DNA of 64,000 nucleotides from an uncultured bacterium (GCA_963713925.1 OY970212.1:640001-704000); one strand, 5' to 3'; counted from the stretch's first letter, positions 1 to 10,502 are shown. Notes: generated by a model not told the origin, from the sequence alone. Numbers and translations are program-made.

Positions 1-128
1 CGTTCCGTTAAGTGCTTGCTGTTGTCCAGACACCCAGGGGATGCATTTATGTGCAATGCACAATTGATGAGAATGATACTCGCTATAATCCACACAGGAA
101 TCAGTTTGTTTGACCTGATATGGGTCAT
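1..128 (-). CDS. Partial CDS running off the window start; probable small secreted protein
   Basis: ATG at 128 opens MTHIRSNKLIPVWIIASIILINCALHINASPGCLDNSKH..., open to the window edge and signal-peptide-like. Confidence 0.45.
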   Translation of the reverse strand, partial: MTHIRSNKLIPVWIIASIILINCALHINASPGCLDNSKHLTE

Positions 129-147
129 GATGTAGGTGATTATCTTG

Positions 148-399
148 TTATTCATGAGACCCTCCACACTGAGTACACTCTTCGTTTGAGTGATCCATTT
201 CTCGCGCTATGTTGCGCTCAAGCGGGGTGCCTTCATAAGTAGACTCAGGCATAACATGGGCAAAAAAGGGTTGCCCGATGGTATGCGCGCTTATTGAACA
301 GTCTGGACAGGCATGTATATTTAGCGTGCTGAAAAGTAGAAGGCCAGACACGCATATGATTATAAACTTCATTTTTTTATCCTTTTTTCTCATTAGCAC
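148..399 (-). CDS. Small secreted Cys-containing hypothetical protein
   Basis: Signal-like N-terminus and two CxxC motifs (CPDC, CTQC); start probably at the later Met (MKFII). Confidence 0.55.
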   Translation of the reverse strand: MLMRKKDKKMKFIIICVSGLLLFSTLNIHACPDCSISAHTIGQPFFAHVMPESTYEGTPLERNIAREMDHSNEECTQCGGSHE

Positions 400-467
400 T
401 ATTGATATTACAATATAAAATATTCAATTTGCAATAGAATTGAAAGGATAATGTGACAAGTAGTTAA

Positions 468-1334
468 TCAACGCATGTTTTTTATGATAGTTTTCACCTG
501 CTCCGCATAGACGGGATGATTGAGTCCAATGGCCACTAACGCCTGAAACCAGCCAATAGGGTTGCCAATATCGTATCGATTTCCTGTCAACGTTACGGCA
601 ATGAGCGGTTCTCCGGTTTGTAAAAGCGTTGAAAGGGCTTGGGTCAGTTGTATTTCTCCCCCTACCGTTGGTGGAGTATCGGCCAGTATGTCAAAAATTG
701 TGCGAGAAATAATATAACGGCCGACAATAGCAAGTCGCGAGGGGGCATTTGAGATATCCGGTTTTTCAACCAAGCCTTTGACTGAGTACACGCCATTTTG
801 CAACGTATCTTTAACGTCAATGATGCCATATGAAGATACCTTATCCATAGGCACTTCTTGAACAGCGATGACTGAGCATTTATATTCATCAGCGTATTTT
901 TTGAGTTGAGCGAGCGCGGAGGGAGTTTGATCTATAATGTCATCGGGCAAGATTATGGAAAAATAATCATCTTTTACAAACGGTTTTGCCATGAGAATAG
1001 CATGTCCAAGCCCATGCGCTTCATGTTGCATCGCATAATCGAACTGTACGTCTTTTATGAGATTATTAAGAGAATCAATCAGATGGAGTTTGTTCTTTTT
1101 TTCAAGAAAGGTAGTTAATTTGGCATCCGGCGAAAAATAATGTTCGATGGCATCTTTTTCTTCATTGGTGACAACCACCAGATGATTGCAGTGAGCATCG
1201 AGCGCTTCTCTGATGATATAGGCGAGGGCGGGCTCATCAAACAGAGGAATAAGTTCTTTGGGAACTGATTTTGAGATCGGTAAAAAACGAGTGCCATAAC
1301 CTGCAGCCGGAATTACAACAGTATCATTTTTCAT
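468..1334 (-). CDS. galU: UTP--glucose-1-phosphate uridylyltransferase
   Basis: VIPAAGYGTRFLP..K..PKE, GLGHA, VEKP and GEIQLT motifs. Confidence 0.93.
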   Translation of the reverse strand: MKNDTVVIPAAGYGTRFLPISKSVPKELIPLFDEPALAYIIREALDAHCNHLVVVTNEEKDAIEHYFSPDAKLTTFLEKKNKLHLIDSLNNLIKDVQFDYAMQHEAHGLGHAILMAKPFVKDDYFSIILPDDIIDQTPSALAQLKKYADEYKCSVIAVQEVPMDKVSSYGIIDVKDTLQNGVYSVKGLVEKPDISNAPSRLAIVGRYIISRTIFDILADTPPTVGGEIQLTQALSTLLQTGEPLIAVTLTGNRYDIGNPIGWFQALVAIGLNHPVYAEQVKTIIKNMR

Positions 1335-1348
1335 AGTGGCATCCCCAG

Positions 1349-2383
1349 CTAAAATTGTTTGAGGAAGTCGATAGTGCCGCTATGAAAAAGCCTGATATCG
1401 GTTATTTTATGACGAAGCATAGCAAGTCGCTCAATGCCGAATCCAAATGCAAAACCTTGATATTCCTCCGGGTTAATCCCACTCTTTTTCAAAACATTGG
1501 GATGCACAAGGCCGGCGCCCAAGAGCTCAACCCACCCGGTTCGTTTGCATACCGAACATCCGCCCGTGCAGAATGGGCAGGTGGCGTCAATTTCAAGGCC
1601 TGGCTCAACAAAAGGGAAAAAACCTGGCCTTACTCTGATTTTGAGTGATTCCTTTTTAAAAAATTTTTGTAAAAAAGTCTGAGCCGTTGCAAGCAAATGG
1701 GATAGAGAAACTTTTTTATCAATGACCATGCATTCACCCTGGGTGAACATAAAATCATGGGTTGCATCAGTGGCTTCATTGCGAAAACATCGACCGGGGG
1801 CAAAAATGGCAAGGGGCGGTGTGGTATTTTCAAGACAATGTGCTTGCGTACTGGAAGTGTGTGTGCGCATAAGCATGCCAGGGACATTGAGCCAAAAAGT
1901 ATCATGCATATCACGCGCAGGGTGATCGGTGGGGATATTGAGCGCGTCAAAGTTGTAAAATTCATTTTCAACTTCGGCACCATCAACGACCTGGAAGCCC
2001 ATGCTTATGAAAATATCTTCCAATTCCTCAACCAACTGAGTGTAAATATGCAACGATCCTTGCTGTAGATGAGATTTACTTGCAGTGACATCAAAAGAAC
2101 GCATTTTTTCTTCTTTGGCACTGTTTTCCTGTTTTTCAACGCGTGCCAGAGCTGCTTCAATTGCTTGAGCGCAGAAACTTTTCAGTTCGTTGAGCTGAGG
2201 TCCAGAGGCGCGTTTTTCTTCAGTTGAAAGAGATTTGAGCGTTTCCATCAAAGCAGCAACATGTCCGGACCTGCCGATATAGGCTATTTTAATACGATCC
2301 ACTTCTGGCAGAGTTCCGGCAGACGCCAGTTCACTTTCCAGTTGCGTTTTGAGGCTGTTGATTGATTCATTAAGGTTTTTCAT
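1349..2383 (-). CDS. pheS: Phenylalanine--tRNA ligase alpha subunit
   Basis: NFDALNIP..HPARDMHDTF, RTHTS, FPFVEP and GFAFGFGIERLAM. Confidence 0.97.
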   Translation of the reverse strand: MKNLNESINSLKTQLESELASAGTLPEVDRIKIAYIGRSGHVAALMETLKSLSTEEKRASGPQLNELKSFCAQAIEAALARVEKQENSAKEEKMRSFDVTASKSHLQQGSLHIYTQLVEELEDIFISMGFQVVDGAEVENEFYNFDALNIPTDHPARDMHDTFWLNVPGMLMRTHTSSTQAHCLENTTPPLAIFAPGRCFRNEATDATHDFMFTQGECMVIDKKVSLSHLLATAQTFLQKFFKKESLKIRVRPGFFPFVEPGLEIDATCPFCTGGCSVCKRTGWVELLGAGLVHPNVLKKSGINPEEYQGFAFGFGIERLAMLRHKITDIRLFHSGTIDFLKQF

Positions 2384-2548
2384 GGGGGACTTTTCTAAAT
2401 TTCAATAATTTTAAAGCTTTTATGAGCAATCGTATCAGAGGGAGGCTTCTCTGGCAAATAAAGGGTCCCATGCAAAGCGTAGCGCAGCATGGGTTTAATA
2501 CTGGGTCCTCTCCTGTTACACCAAAAGTAAAAAGTCGATTTTAAATGA

Positions 2549-2582
2549 AAAAACGAGCAGATTTTAAAAGTCTACTCGTTTT
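2549..2582 (-). terminator. Hairpin terminator downstream of tRNA-Phe
   Basis: AAAACGAGCAGA-TTTTAAAAG-TCTACTCGTTTT inverted repeat with A/T tails. Confidence 0.55.
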
Positions 2583-2595
2583 ATTACTAAACTAG

Positions 2596-2670
2596 TGGTG
2601 CCGAGGGTCGGAATTGAACCAACGACGCCAAGCTCTTCAGGCTTGCGCTCTACCACTGAGCTACCCCGGC
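2596..2670 (-). tRNA. tRNA-Phe(GAA)
   Basis: Cloverleaf GCCGGGG...CTCGGCACCA; anticodon arm CAAGC-CTGAAGA-GCTTG; CCA encoded. Confidence 0.96.
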
Positions 2671-2930
2671 ACATAATAAAAAGCAAATTAAAAGACAAGA
2701 TCATATTTTTAACGGCTCCCAGCGTAATATGGGACCAAATAAAGCGAAGCTCAATTTGGGTATAGTACTTGGGTGTTAAAGATGTTTGTATGATACCCTT
2801 TTGAGCTATTTTGTCAATATATTCTACGCATTGTGTATTGAGACAGAACCCCGGACAGGGGGTAGCGCTTTTTCATGAATATGTTATACTAATAGAAATA
2901 AAGACAAATGAGGTTCAATGGAGGTATAAC

Positions 2931-3713
2931 ATGGTAAAAAATCTATCTATTTTTACCTTTCTTTTCTTAATGCTCTCTGCTCAAGCAGCAGATACGATGA
3001 CTCCCGCAGAGCGTTTTGAAGAAGCTGTTCTGGAAAACAGGGTTACATTAGTTGATACATTATTAAAATCAGGAGTCGACGTTAATACTCTCATTACTTC
3101 TTTCAGTGATACGCCTGCTTTGCTCATAGCAGCTGAGGAATTTAATGTTCCGATGATGAATGTGCTCGTGAATCATGGTGTGGATGTTACAGCCACCGAT
3201 TGGGATGGTAATACGGTTTTGCACGCTTTGGCAAACTCACGCTATTATCGTCCAAGAATCAAAGAGGGCGAAGTCGCTTCCGTTATGCGTTTTTTTATTG
3301 AAAAAGGGGCCAATGCATCAGCAAAAAATAACGACAGAGTGACTGCATTATCGATAGTGGCCGAGCGGCCATCCAGCAGCTCTTGCGTTGACGCGCTTAT
3401 GGTTGATGACTTGAATGATAGGAAAGATGCTTTAAGGGATGCGATTGAATCTTGTGAGGAAGCAAATATTTTGAAATTGTTCCTGCATGGAATACCAATA
3501 AATCAAGACCATAAAGAGGGCGCGGAATACGCGTTTGATTCGAGCAATTTCAAACTTCCTAAAAAAGAAAAAAAGATTCGCCATCTTATCAAGCATGGAA
3601 CGCAATCAAAATATTTTGTGAAACATTGTTTCGGAGAATTCAGAGAACGATTACGTGATAAACGAAATATAGTTCAGATTTTAAAAACTCGTCAAATTGG
3701 CAAGAAGAAGTAA
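2931..3713 (+). CDS. Secreted ankyrin repeat protein
   Basis: ATG 2931 after GGAGG, signal peptide, ankyrin motifs (GVDVTATDWDGNTVLH, GANASAKNN..TAL). Confidence 0.85.
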   Translation: MVKNLSIFTFLFLMLSAQAADTMTPAERFEEAVLENRVTLVDTLLKSGVDVNTLITSFSDTPALLIAAEEFNVPMMNVLVNHGVDVTATDWDGNTVLHALANSRYYRPRIKEGEVASVMRFFIEKGANASAKNNDRVTALSIVAERPSSSSCVDALMVDDLNDRKDALRDAIESCEEANILKLFLHGIPINQDHKEGAEYAFDSSNFKLPKKEKKIRHLIKHGTQSKYFVKHCFGEFRERLRDKRNIVQILKTRQIGKKK

Positions 3714-3749
3714 TCGTGATCCTAAAAATGAAAAATGAAAGGTTATAAA

Positions 3750-4541
3750 ATGGTAAAAAACCTATCTATTATTGTTCTTTTTTTCTCAACGCTCTGCATG
3801 CATGCTGCTGATAATCAAAATGCCGTACAGATGTTTAAAAAGGCAGTTTTGAAAGGAAAAGCTAATTTAGTTGATACATTGTTAAGAACGGAACCCGTCT
3901 CTGTCGATACCCCTATTAAATTTTTTGATAAAGATGTCCCTGCTTTGCTCGTGGCAGCAGAAGAAGTTGATGTACCGATGATGAATACATTGATGAATCA
4001 TGGCGCAAACATAAAGGCGGTTGATTCAGATGGTAATACGGTATTGCACTATCTCGCAAATTCGCGCCATCAAAATATAGACATCGAAGATGGTACAGTT
4101 GCTTCTTTGATACGTTTTTTTGTTAAAAACGGGGTAGATACATCAGCGAAAAATAATGACCAAGAGACCGCGTTGTTTTTAGCAGCTGCGCAAAAGTCCA
4201 GTAGCTCTTGCGTTGACGAACTTATGACCGATAACATTGAAGACAGGCATGATGCTTTGCTTGAGGCAATTAGTTATTATCAACCGAAGAATATCTCAAA
4301 ATTGCTGTTGTATGGAACGCCGATACATCAAGATCATAAAGAGTGCGCGGAAGAAAAGCTTAATTCGACGGATATCAAACTTCTTAAAAAAGACAAAAAG
4401 ACCCGTCATCTTATCAAGCATGGAACACAATCTGAATATTTTGTGAAACGTTGTTTTGGCGAGTTTCGTGAACGATTGAAGGATAAACGAAGTCCTTTTC
4501 AGATTTTAAAAGCTCGTCAAATTGGTAAAAGAAAGAATTGA
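3750..4541 (+). CDS. Secreted ankyrin repeat protein, tandem paralog of 2931-3713
   Basis: GANIKAVDSDGNTVLH; C-terminus nearly identical to the upstream gene. Confidence 0.85.
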   Translation: MVKNLSIIVLFFSTLCMHAADNQNAVQMFKKAVLKGKANLVDTLLRTEPVSVDTPIKFFDKDVPALLVAAEEVDVPMMNTLMNHGANIKAVDSDGNTVLHYLANSRHQNIDIEDGTVASLIRFFVKNGVDTSAKNNDQETALFLAAAQKSSSSCVDELMTDNIEDRHDALLEAISYYQPKNISKLLLYGTPIHQDHKECAEEKLNSTDIKLLKKDKKTRHLIKHGTQSEYFVKRCFGEFRERLKDKRSPFQILKARQIGKRKN

Positions 4542-4811
4542 GAAAGAAAAAATAATGTCACGTTATTCAAGTTGGCAGAAAGGCATATGTAATTTTACAT
4601 ATGCCTTTTATTTTTTACGACATCAAAAATATATCTGCACGAAATCCTTGATAGTTTTTTCCTATCGTTGCAGACTGACTATATATTATATCAAACAAAT
4701 TCAAACTGACAAAGTCACCTGTTGCGACGGTTCTTTGAGTAAAAAGGGAAGAATCAGAGTGAATAAACGGGTCCCAAACGAGCTGTCGAGTTTGGGTAAA
4801 AAGGAGTGTAT

Positions 4812-5468
4812 ATGAAGCACAATACTGATAAATATAATGTAGCATGGTATCGGCTATCTGAATGTGTGGCAAAAGGTGAGCGTGAGCGTGCGCTTGGCAT
4901 GTATCGGCTGCTTGCCCATTCAATTGATAATCAAGCCTTGGTAAAACAGCTTGAGGGAGATATTTTGTATCTCTTTCACGATGAGATGGCCTTTGAGCGA
5001 TATAAAGAAGCCGCGCATCTCTATCGTGAGCGTGGTCACTATTTGCAGGCGCTTGCGCTCCTTGAACAAGTCGTTCAAACGCCCTGCGCAACACTCAAAG
5101 ATCGAGTCACTTTGATAGAACTTTATGGCAAAACAGGAGCCGAAGATCGCGCTGAGAATTATGCATTACAAGTCCAGGAGGACCTCATCAAGCGTGGAAG
5201 TATCGCGGAAACCATTCAATTGCTGTCCCTCATTTGCGCACATAGTAAATCAATTCTTGTGCCGGGAATCATGAGATTGTCGTGCGAAGATCTTGTGATG
5301 GTAGATAATAAGCATCTTTTGCCTCACTTGATTGGTTTGGCAGTTGAGCATATTCTCGCTCATTCTGATACGCATGCTCTCGATAGATTTGTGCAACATG
5401 TACGAGCGCATAATACGTATCTTTCTGACATTGCGCGAGAATATCTTGATAATCCCAAGTTAAAATAA
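4812..5468 (+). CDS. TPR-like helical hypothetical protein
   Basis: AAGGAG RBS; A..Y/A.L helical repeat pattern. Confidence 0.65.
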   Translation: MKHNTDKYNVAWYRLSECVAKGERERALGMYRLLAHSIDNQALVKQLEGDILYLFHDEMAFERYKEAAHLYRERGHYLQALALLEQVVQTPCATLKDRVTLIELYGKTGAEDRAENYALQVQEDLIKRGSIAETIQLLSLICAHSKSILVPGIMRLSCEDLVMVDNKHLLPHLIGLAVEHILAHSDTHALDRFVQHVRAHNTYLSDIAREYLDNPKLK

Positions 5469-5547
5469 ATTTCTGCCTTCGCATAAAGCTATGGCGCAAC
5501 AGGATGGCGGGAAAGGGCCGCTTGGGGGGCTCTAGATTTATAATTAA

Positions 5548-5690
5548 GAGCTTATATGAAAATTAAGCATTCTAAGTACAAAGGGTTGGTTGTCATGCTG
5601 AACTTGTTTCAGCATCCAGGTTAAGTAGATCCTGAAATAAATTCAGGATGACGTAGCAAAAAGGAACTTCTGGGATTTTCGGATAAGCTC
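5548..5690. mobile_element. 143-bp MITE (empty copy) with TAA target duplication
   Basis: TIRs GAGCTTATATGAAAA / TTTTCGGATAAGCTC; TAA at 5545-5547 and 5691-5693; second copy at 38411-39748. Confidence 0.85.
5592..5652. repeat. REP-doublet-like palindrome inside the MITE
   Basis: GTCATGCTGAACTTGTTTCAGCATC ... GATCCTGAAATAAATTCAGGATGAC: two hairpins that are inverted copies of each other; repeated at about 39650-39710. Confidence 0.75.
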
Positions 5691-8600
5691 TAAAGTGTGC
5701 ATCGACTCATAACATGATGAGAAGCAAGCGTGTTAAGAAGATCAAATGATACTGACACTTTCAATTGTGTGCTGATTGCAATTTGAACACTGTTTTCAGT
5801 CAAAGAAACGATCAATGGCACAGAGCCATTACTCAAAAGAGCTTTGATTGATTGTAACAGTGATGCATCTGCGCTGTCAGGAATGGACAACTCAATATGT
5901 GACATATCATTCCAGTGCTCAAAGAGAAGTTCTATTGGAACCATCTGGTTTGCTTTAATTTTACATTTTTGGACTGATGTGCCATCAACGCCGCCTTTGA
6001 CCAAGAAGACTTGGTGTGTTCCCAGCCACGGCTCAATTTTTTGATACAGTTTTGGAAACACAATAATTTCAGCCGTGTTAGAGCCATCTTCTAATGTCAA
6101 AAATGACATGCGCTCACCTTTTTTGGTGACAATATCCTTGCGTCCTTTTAATAACCCGGTTACGCAAACGACGGTTTCTTTATCGGGGGGGAGATTGATG
6201 CCAGCCGTAAGGGCCTGCTCAAAAGAGATTGTTTTGAAATAACGCAACTGATTTTGATATGTCTCAAGGGGATGCGAACTCAAGTAACATCCAATAACTT
6301 CCTGTTCTTTTTCTAATTTTTCTTTATCAGTAAATTCCGCGCGTTGCGCGAAGCCATATTCTTGTTGATCGGCACCTGGTTTTTTGAGCATGCCAAACAA
6401 ATCCATTTGACCGGTTAGTTCAGCTTTCTTTTGTGCGAGCGCCTGTTCGATAATGATTCCCAGTTCCTCAGTTTTTTGTGCGCGGTTGCCCGGAAGACCA
6501 TCAAGAGCTCCTGCCCAAATCAAATGTTCAATGACTCGTTTGTTTGCAGTGCGCAGATCAACTCGTTTGCAAAAATCGAGCATGCCGCTGAATGGTTTTT
6601 TATTTCGCTGTTCAATAACATTTTCAAGCGCGGCCAATCCAACATTTTTGATCCCCTGTAATCCAAACAGAATTTCCCTGTTGACTACGCTGAAATGAAT
6701 ATCAGATTTATTAATATCGGGGGCAACAATGGTAAGCCCCAAAGCTTTTGCCTCTTGGATGTAAAACACCATTTTCTCAGCGTTGGTTGCTTCAAGGGAG
6801 ATGAGGCATGCCAAGAATTCTGCCGGGTAATTTGCTTTCAAATAGGCGGTTTGATATGCAATAAGGGCGTAGGCGGCTGAGTGGGACTTATTAAAACCGT
6901 AGCCTGCAAAATATTCCATCAAATCAAACAGTTCACCGGCTTTTTTTGTATCAAATTGCTTTGATTGCGCACGTTCTAAAAATATGGCACGTTGTTTTGC
7001 CATCTCTTCAGCTTTTTTCTTACCCATTGCGCGGCGTAAAATGTCTGCTTCTCCAAGGGAATAGCCACCAATTGCTGATGCAATTTTCATAACCTGTTCT
7101 TGGTAGACAATCACGCCATACGTTTCTTGCAAAATCGGCTCAAGATCTGAAAATAGATATGAAATTTTTTGACGGCCATGGCGACGTTCGATATAATCGT
7201 CAACCATTCCAGAGCCAAGCGGCCCCGGTCGATAGAGTGCGTTAACGGCGATAATGTCTTCAAATTTATCCGGCTTGAGCTTGCGCAATACATCTTTCAA
7301 TCCATCAGATTCAAGTTGGAATACGCCTGACGTTTTTCCCTCGCAGATGAGTTTGAATGTTTTTTCATCATCAAGAGGCAGCTTATCAATATCAAGATCA
7401 ACGCCATGATTTTTTTTAATCATCGCAACTGCATGATCAATGAGCGTTAAGTTTTTGAGTCCCAAAAGATCGATTTTAAGAAATCCTAAACTCTCAAGCT
7501 CGGTCATGGCATATTGTGTGACGAGCTCATTCGTTTTTGGGGGCACATAAACCGGCAATACATCTTCAATCGGTTCGGGAGATATCACGATTCCGGCAGC
7601 ATGTTTTGACGCATGGCGTGTGATGCCTTCTAGGCGAAATGCAAGGTCAAAGAGTTTATGCGCACGGGGATTTTGCTCGATAAGTTCTTTCAGTCGCGGT
7701 TCTTGTTCAAGTGCTTCTGTGAGCGTTATTTTCAATTGCTCCGGGATGAGGTTTGTGATGCTGTTTGAATCTTCAAATGAAAACCCGAGCGCGCGCGCAA
7801 CATCTTTGATAACACCTTTTGCAAGCATGGTTCCAAAAGTGATGATTTGACACACCTTATCATGTCCGTAGCGATCACGAATGTATTGAATGACCCGTTC
7901 ACGCCCATTAATGCAAAAATCGATATCGATATCAGGCATGGTGATACGTTCAGGATTCAAAAACCGCTCAAAGAGCAAATTATATTTAATGGGATCGATA
8001 TTGGTGATTTCAAGGGTCCATGCAACGAGTGATCCGGCTGCCGATCCACGACCCGGGCCAACAGGAATTCCATTGCGTCGAGACCATTGAATAAAATCGG
8101 AAACAACTAAAAAATATCCAACAAATCCCATGGAAATAATGAGCTTGATTTCAAGTTCCAATCGATCTTTATACAATTCCTTTTGCGACACCGGAATGCG
8201 CCCTTGCGATACAAGCGTCTCAAATCCACGATAGCAGAGATGGCTGAAATAAGTCTCTGGAGTATGATCATCGGGAATTTGAAATTTTGGGAAAAAAAGT
8301 TTTCCTGTTTCAAAATCAAAGGTGCAGCGATCTGCAATTTTACCGCTGTTCCACACTGCTTCCGGACGGTCTTTGAAAATTTCTAGCATTTCTTCTTGGG
8401 TGCGCATATATACACGACAATCGCCAAAAGTATAGCGATCAGGATTGCTCATTTGATCATGCGTTTGAATGGCAAGCATGACCTCATGCGCTTCATGATC
8501 TTGCAGTGTTGGATAGTGGCAATCACCGGCTGCAACGAGCTGAATGTTTTTGCGCGCACTCCACTCATACAATCTTTGATTTAAAACGGCTTGCTCTTTT

Positions 8601-9136
8601 TGATCTTCCGGCTGCACTTCAAAATAAAAACGATCTGGTCCGAACACGCGCAAAAACCAGTCCATGCGATCTGCTGCCAGTTCATATTTTTCTTGCATGA
8701 GCAGTTGCGGGATATGTCCGCCCAGACATGCGGTGGTGACAATAAGGCCTTCGTTATATTTTTCAAGCAATTGATAATCGATTCGCGGTTTAAAATAAAA
8801 ACCCGCTTGAAACGAATATGATATGAGCTTGCACAGATTTTTATATCCGATCTGATTTTCAACAATAATCAACAAGTGATAGTATTTTTTTTCAGCATCT
8901 TTGATCGCAGTGTCTTCAGTTAAATATGCTTCAATGCCCAAAACCGGCTTGATACCGGCTTTTTTGGCCATCTGGAAGAATTTTACCGCACCGAAAATAT
9001 TGCCATGATCACTAATTCCAAGCGCCTTGACTTTGTTGTCTTTTCCAAACTTGATCAGCTTATCGAGCGTGATCGCGCCATCAAGGAGTGAATAGTCTGT
9101 ATGCAAATGAAGATGAGTAAAGTGTTGATTTGACAT
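5690..9136 (-). CDS. dnaE: DNA polymerase III alpha subunit
   Basis: PHP HLHLHTDYSLLDG, GPGRGSAAGS, MPDIDIDF, YGFNKSH and C-terminal OB fold. Confidence 0.98.
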   Translation of the reverse strand: MSNQHFTHLHLHTDYSLLDGAITLDKLIKFGKDNKVKALGISDHGNIFGAVKFFQMAKKAGIKPVLGIEAYLTEDTAIKDAEKKYYHLLIIVENQIGYKNLCKLISYSFQAGFYFKPRIDYQLLEKYNEGLIVTTACLGGHIPQLLMQEKYELAADRMDWFLRVFGPDRFYFEVQPEDQKEQAVLNQRLYEWSARKNIQLVAAGDCHYPTLQDHEAHEVMLAIQTHDQMSNPDRYTFGDCRVYMRTQEEMLEIFKDRPEAVWNSGKIADRCTFDFETGKLFFPKFQIPDDHTPETYFSHLCYRGFETLVSQGRIPVSQKELYKDRLELEIKLIISMGFVGYFLVVSDFIQWSRRNGIPVGPGRGSAAGSLVAWTLEITNIDPIKYNLLFERFLNPERITMPDIDIDFCINGRERVIQYIRDRYGHDKVCQIITFGTMLAKGVIKDVARALGFSFEDSNSITNLIPEQLKITLTEALEQEPRLKELIEQNPRAHKLFDLAFRLEGITRHASKHAAGIVISPEPIEDVLPVYVPPKTNELVTQYAMTELESLGFLKIDLLGLKNLTLIDHAVAMIKKNHGVDLDIDKLPLDDEKTFKLICEGKTSGVFQLESDGLKDVLRKLKPDKFEDIIAVNALYRPGPLGSGMVDDYIERRHGRQKISYLFSDLEPILQETYGVIVYQEQVMKIASAIGGYSLGEADILRRAMGKKKAEEMAKQRAIFLERAQSKQFDTKKAGELFDLMEYFAGYGFNKSHSAAYALIAYQTAYLKANYPAEFLACLISLEATNAEKMVFYIQEAKALGLTIVAPDINKSDIHFSVVNREILFGLQGIKNVGLAALENVIEQRNKKPFSGMLDFCKRVDLRTANKRVIEHLIWAGALDGLPGNRAQKTEELGIIIEQALAQKKAELTGQMDLFGMLKKPGADQQEYGFAQRAEFTDKEKLEKEQEVIGCYLSSHPLETYQNQLRYFKTISFEQALTAGINLPPDKETVVCVTGLLKGRKDIVTKKGERMSFLTLEDGSNTAEIIVFPKLYQKIEPWLGTHQVFLVKGGVDGTSVQKCKIKANQMVPIELLFEHWNDMSHIELSIPDSADASLLQSIKALLSNGSVPLIVSLTENSVQIAISTQLKVSVSFDLLNTLASHHVMSRCTL

Positions 9137-9166
9137 AGCGTGGTTGATAAAGCTGATATGACTGAT

Positions 9167-9601
9167 TTACTTTTTATACTCATACATCGGGAGGACGTCA
9201 ATGCTTGGCTCTTCGTACGGATGAACTTCTTTAATGGCCGCTATCACTTGATCAAGAATAGTAATCGGACATGGCATTTGAATCGTTTCTTCGGGAACCA
9301 CTTCTAAAGTGCCTTTTTTCCCGATAGCCGGATTCGCTTTATCATTTGGTAAGAATCTGCCAAAGCCTTTATAGGAAAAACTGCAATGTGTATAGTTGCC
9401 AATAACTCCCGCCCCAGCCTTTCCCATTGCTTCTCGCACGGCATCCGCATGTTCTTCAGGAACAGTGACGACGACAGTCACCGTTGATGAAAATGGAAGC
9501 TGCGATCGTGAAGGCATTTTAGACATGAAAATAAATCCTATTATGCCCGTAAATACTAACCAAAAAATTATTATAAAGGGTATATTCATACTATGCCTCA
9601 A
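9167..9601 (-). CDS. YqfO/NIF3 insert-like (CutA/PII-like) domain protein with N-terminal TM segment
   Basis: V.VP..HAD.VREAMGKAGAG.IGNY..CSF...G.GRF and HPYEEP. Confidence 0.8.
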   Translation of the reverse strand: MRHSMNIPFIIIFWLVFTGIIGFIFMSKMPSRSQLPFSSTVTVVVTVPEEHADAVREAMGKAGAGVIGNYTHCSFSYKGFGRFLPNDKANPAIGKKGTLEVVPEETIQMPCPITILDQVIAAIKEVHPYEEPSIDVLPMYEYKK

Positions 9602-10488
9602 ACGATGTTTTGAATTTGTTCACGAATCTTTTCAAGCTCAACTTTGATGTTGATGGCATGTGAACTAATGGTAGCATCGGAGCATTTCGCCGTGATTGTG
9701 TTAATTTCTCTGCCGAGTTCTTGCAACGTAAAATCAAGTCGTTTGCCTTTTTCAATCGTTGAAGATTGTAACAATTTTTGTATCGCTTCTAAATGGCTTT
9801 TGAATCGAACAATCTCTTCATGAATATCAATCTTATCTAAATAAGCAAACAAAGCATTTTTTTGAGCATCGGCGAATTTGCTTTCATCGGTGCCCAGCTC
9901 TTTCATGGTTTGTGCGATTTTCTGCTTTTGAGCCTCAACAAGAGCGACTGACAGCGATTGTATAGTATCGATCTCTTTTTGAATGATACTCAAGCGATAG
10001 GTAATATCTTTTAAAAGAGTAGCGCCTTCTTTTTCTTGCGCCGTAATTAATTTTTGAATGGTACTCGCAATCAAGTTAAAAATGATCTGCTTCGACTTTT
10101 CATCAAGTGCAACTTCTTCTGAGGTGAAAACATTCGGTAATGTCACGAGTGTATCTATGGTAAGTGAACCCTCAGGATTGAATTCTTTTTTGATGTTCTT
10201 GACAGCATCAAGATAACCGGCAATCACTTCCAGAGAGGGTTCAACACGAGCTTTTAATACGTGCTGATTGCTCATGTTGATGCCGACAAACAGATTCCCA
10301 CGAATCAATTTCTCTTTCAGTAACGACTGAATGTCTGTTTCAAGCGAATTCAATGCGTAGGGGAGTTTGAATGTTGTTTCAAAAAAACGAGCATTCAGCG
10401 ACTTTAGTGAGAGGGTTAATTGTGATTTTGTTTTTTCATCACGAGAAAGCGTTGTCGTTTCTGTGGCAAATCCGGTCATACTGCGCAT
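9598..10488 (-). CDS. yicC: YicC/YloC family endoribonuclease
   Basis: MRSMTGF, DI.EEI.R..H, GKRLDF..QE..REINT and EKIREQIQNI. Confidence 0.92.
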   Translation of the reverse strand: MRSMTGFATETTTLSRDEKTKSQLTLSLKSLNARFFETTFKLPYALNSLETDIQSLLKEKLIRGNLFVGINMSNQHVLKARVEPSLEVIAGYLDAVKNIKKEFNPEGSLTIDTLVTLPNVFTSEEVALDEKSKQIIFNLIASTIQKLITAQEKEGATLLKDITYRLSIIQKEIDTIQSLSVALVEAQKQKIAQTMKELGTDESKFADAQKNALFAYLDKIDIHEEIVRFKSHLEAIQKLLQSSTIEKGKRLDFTLQELGREINTITAKCSDATISSHAINIKVELEKIREQIQNIV

Positions 10489-10502
10489 TTTTCTTATTCT
10501 CC

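Noticed and set aside
2384..2595. T-box or pheS attenuator leader
   Set aside because: No T-box consensus or Phe-rich leader peptide seen; the hairpins are a family A repeat and a probable tRNA terminator.
4615..5094. 159-aa minus-strand ORF and similar antisense ORFs across the window
   Set aside because: They are shadows of better-supported genes on the opposite strand.
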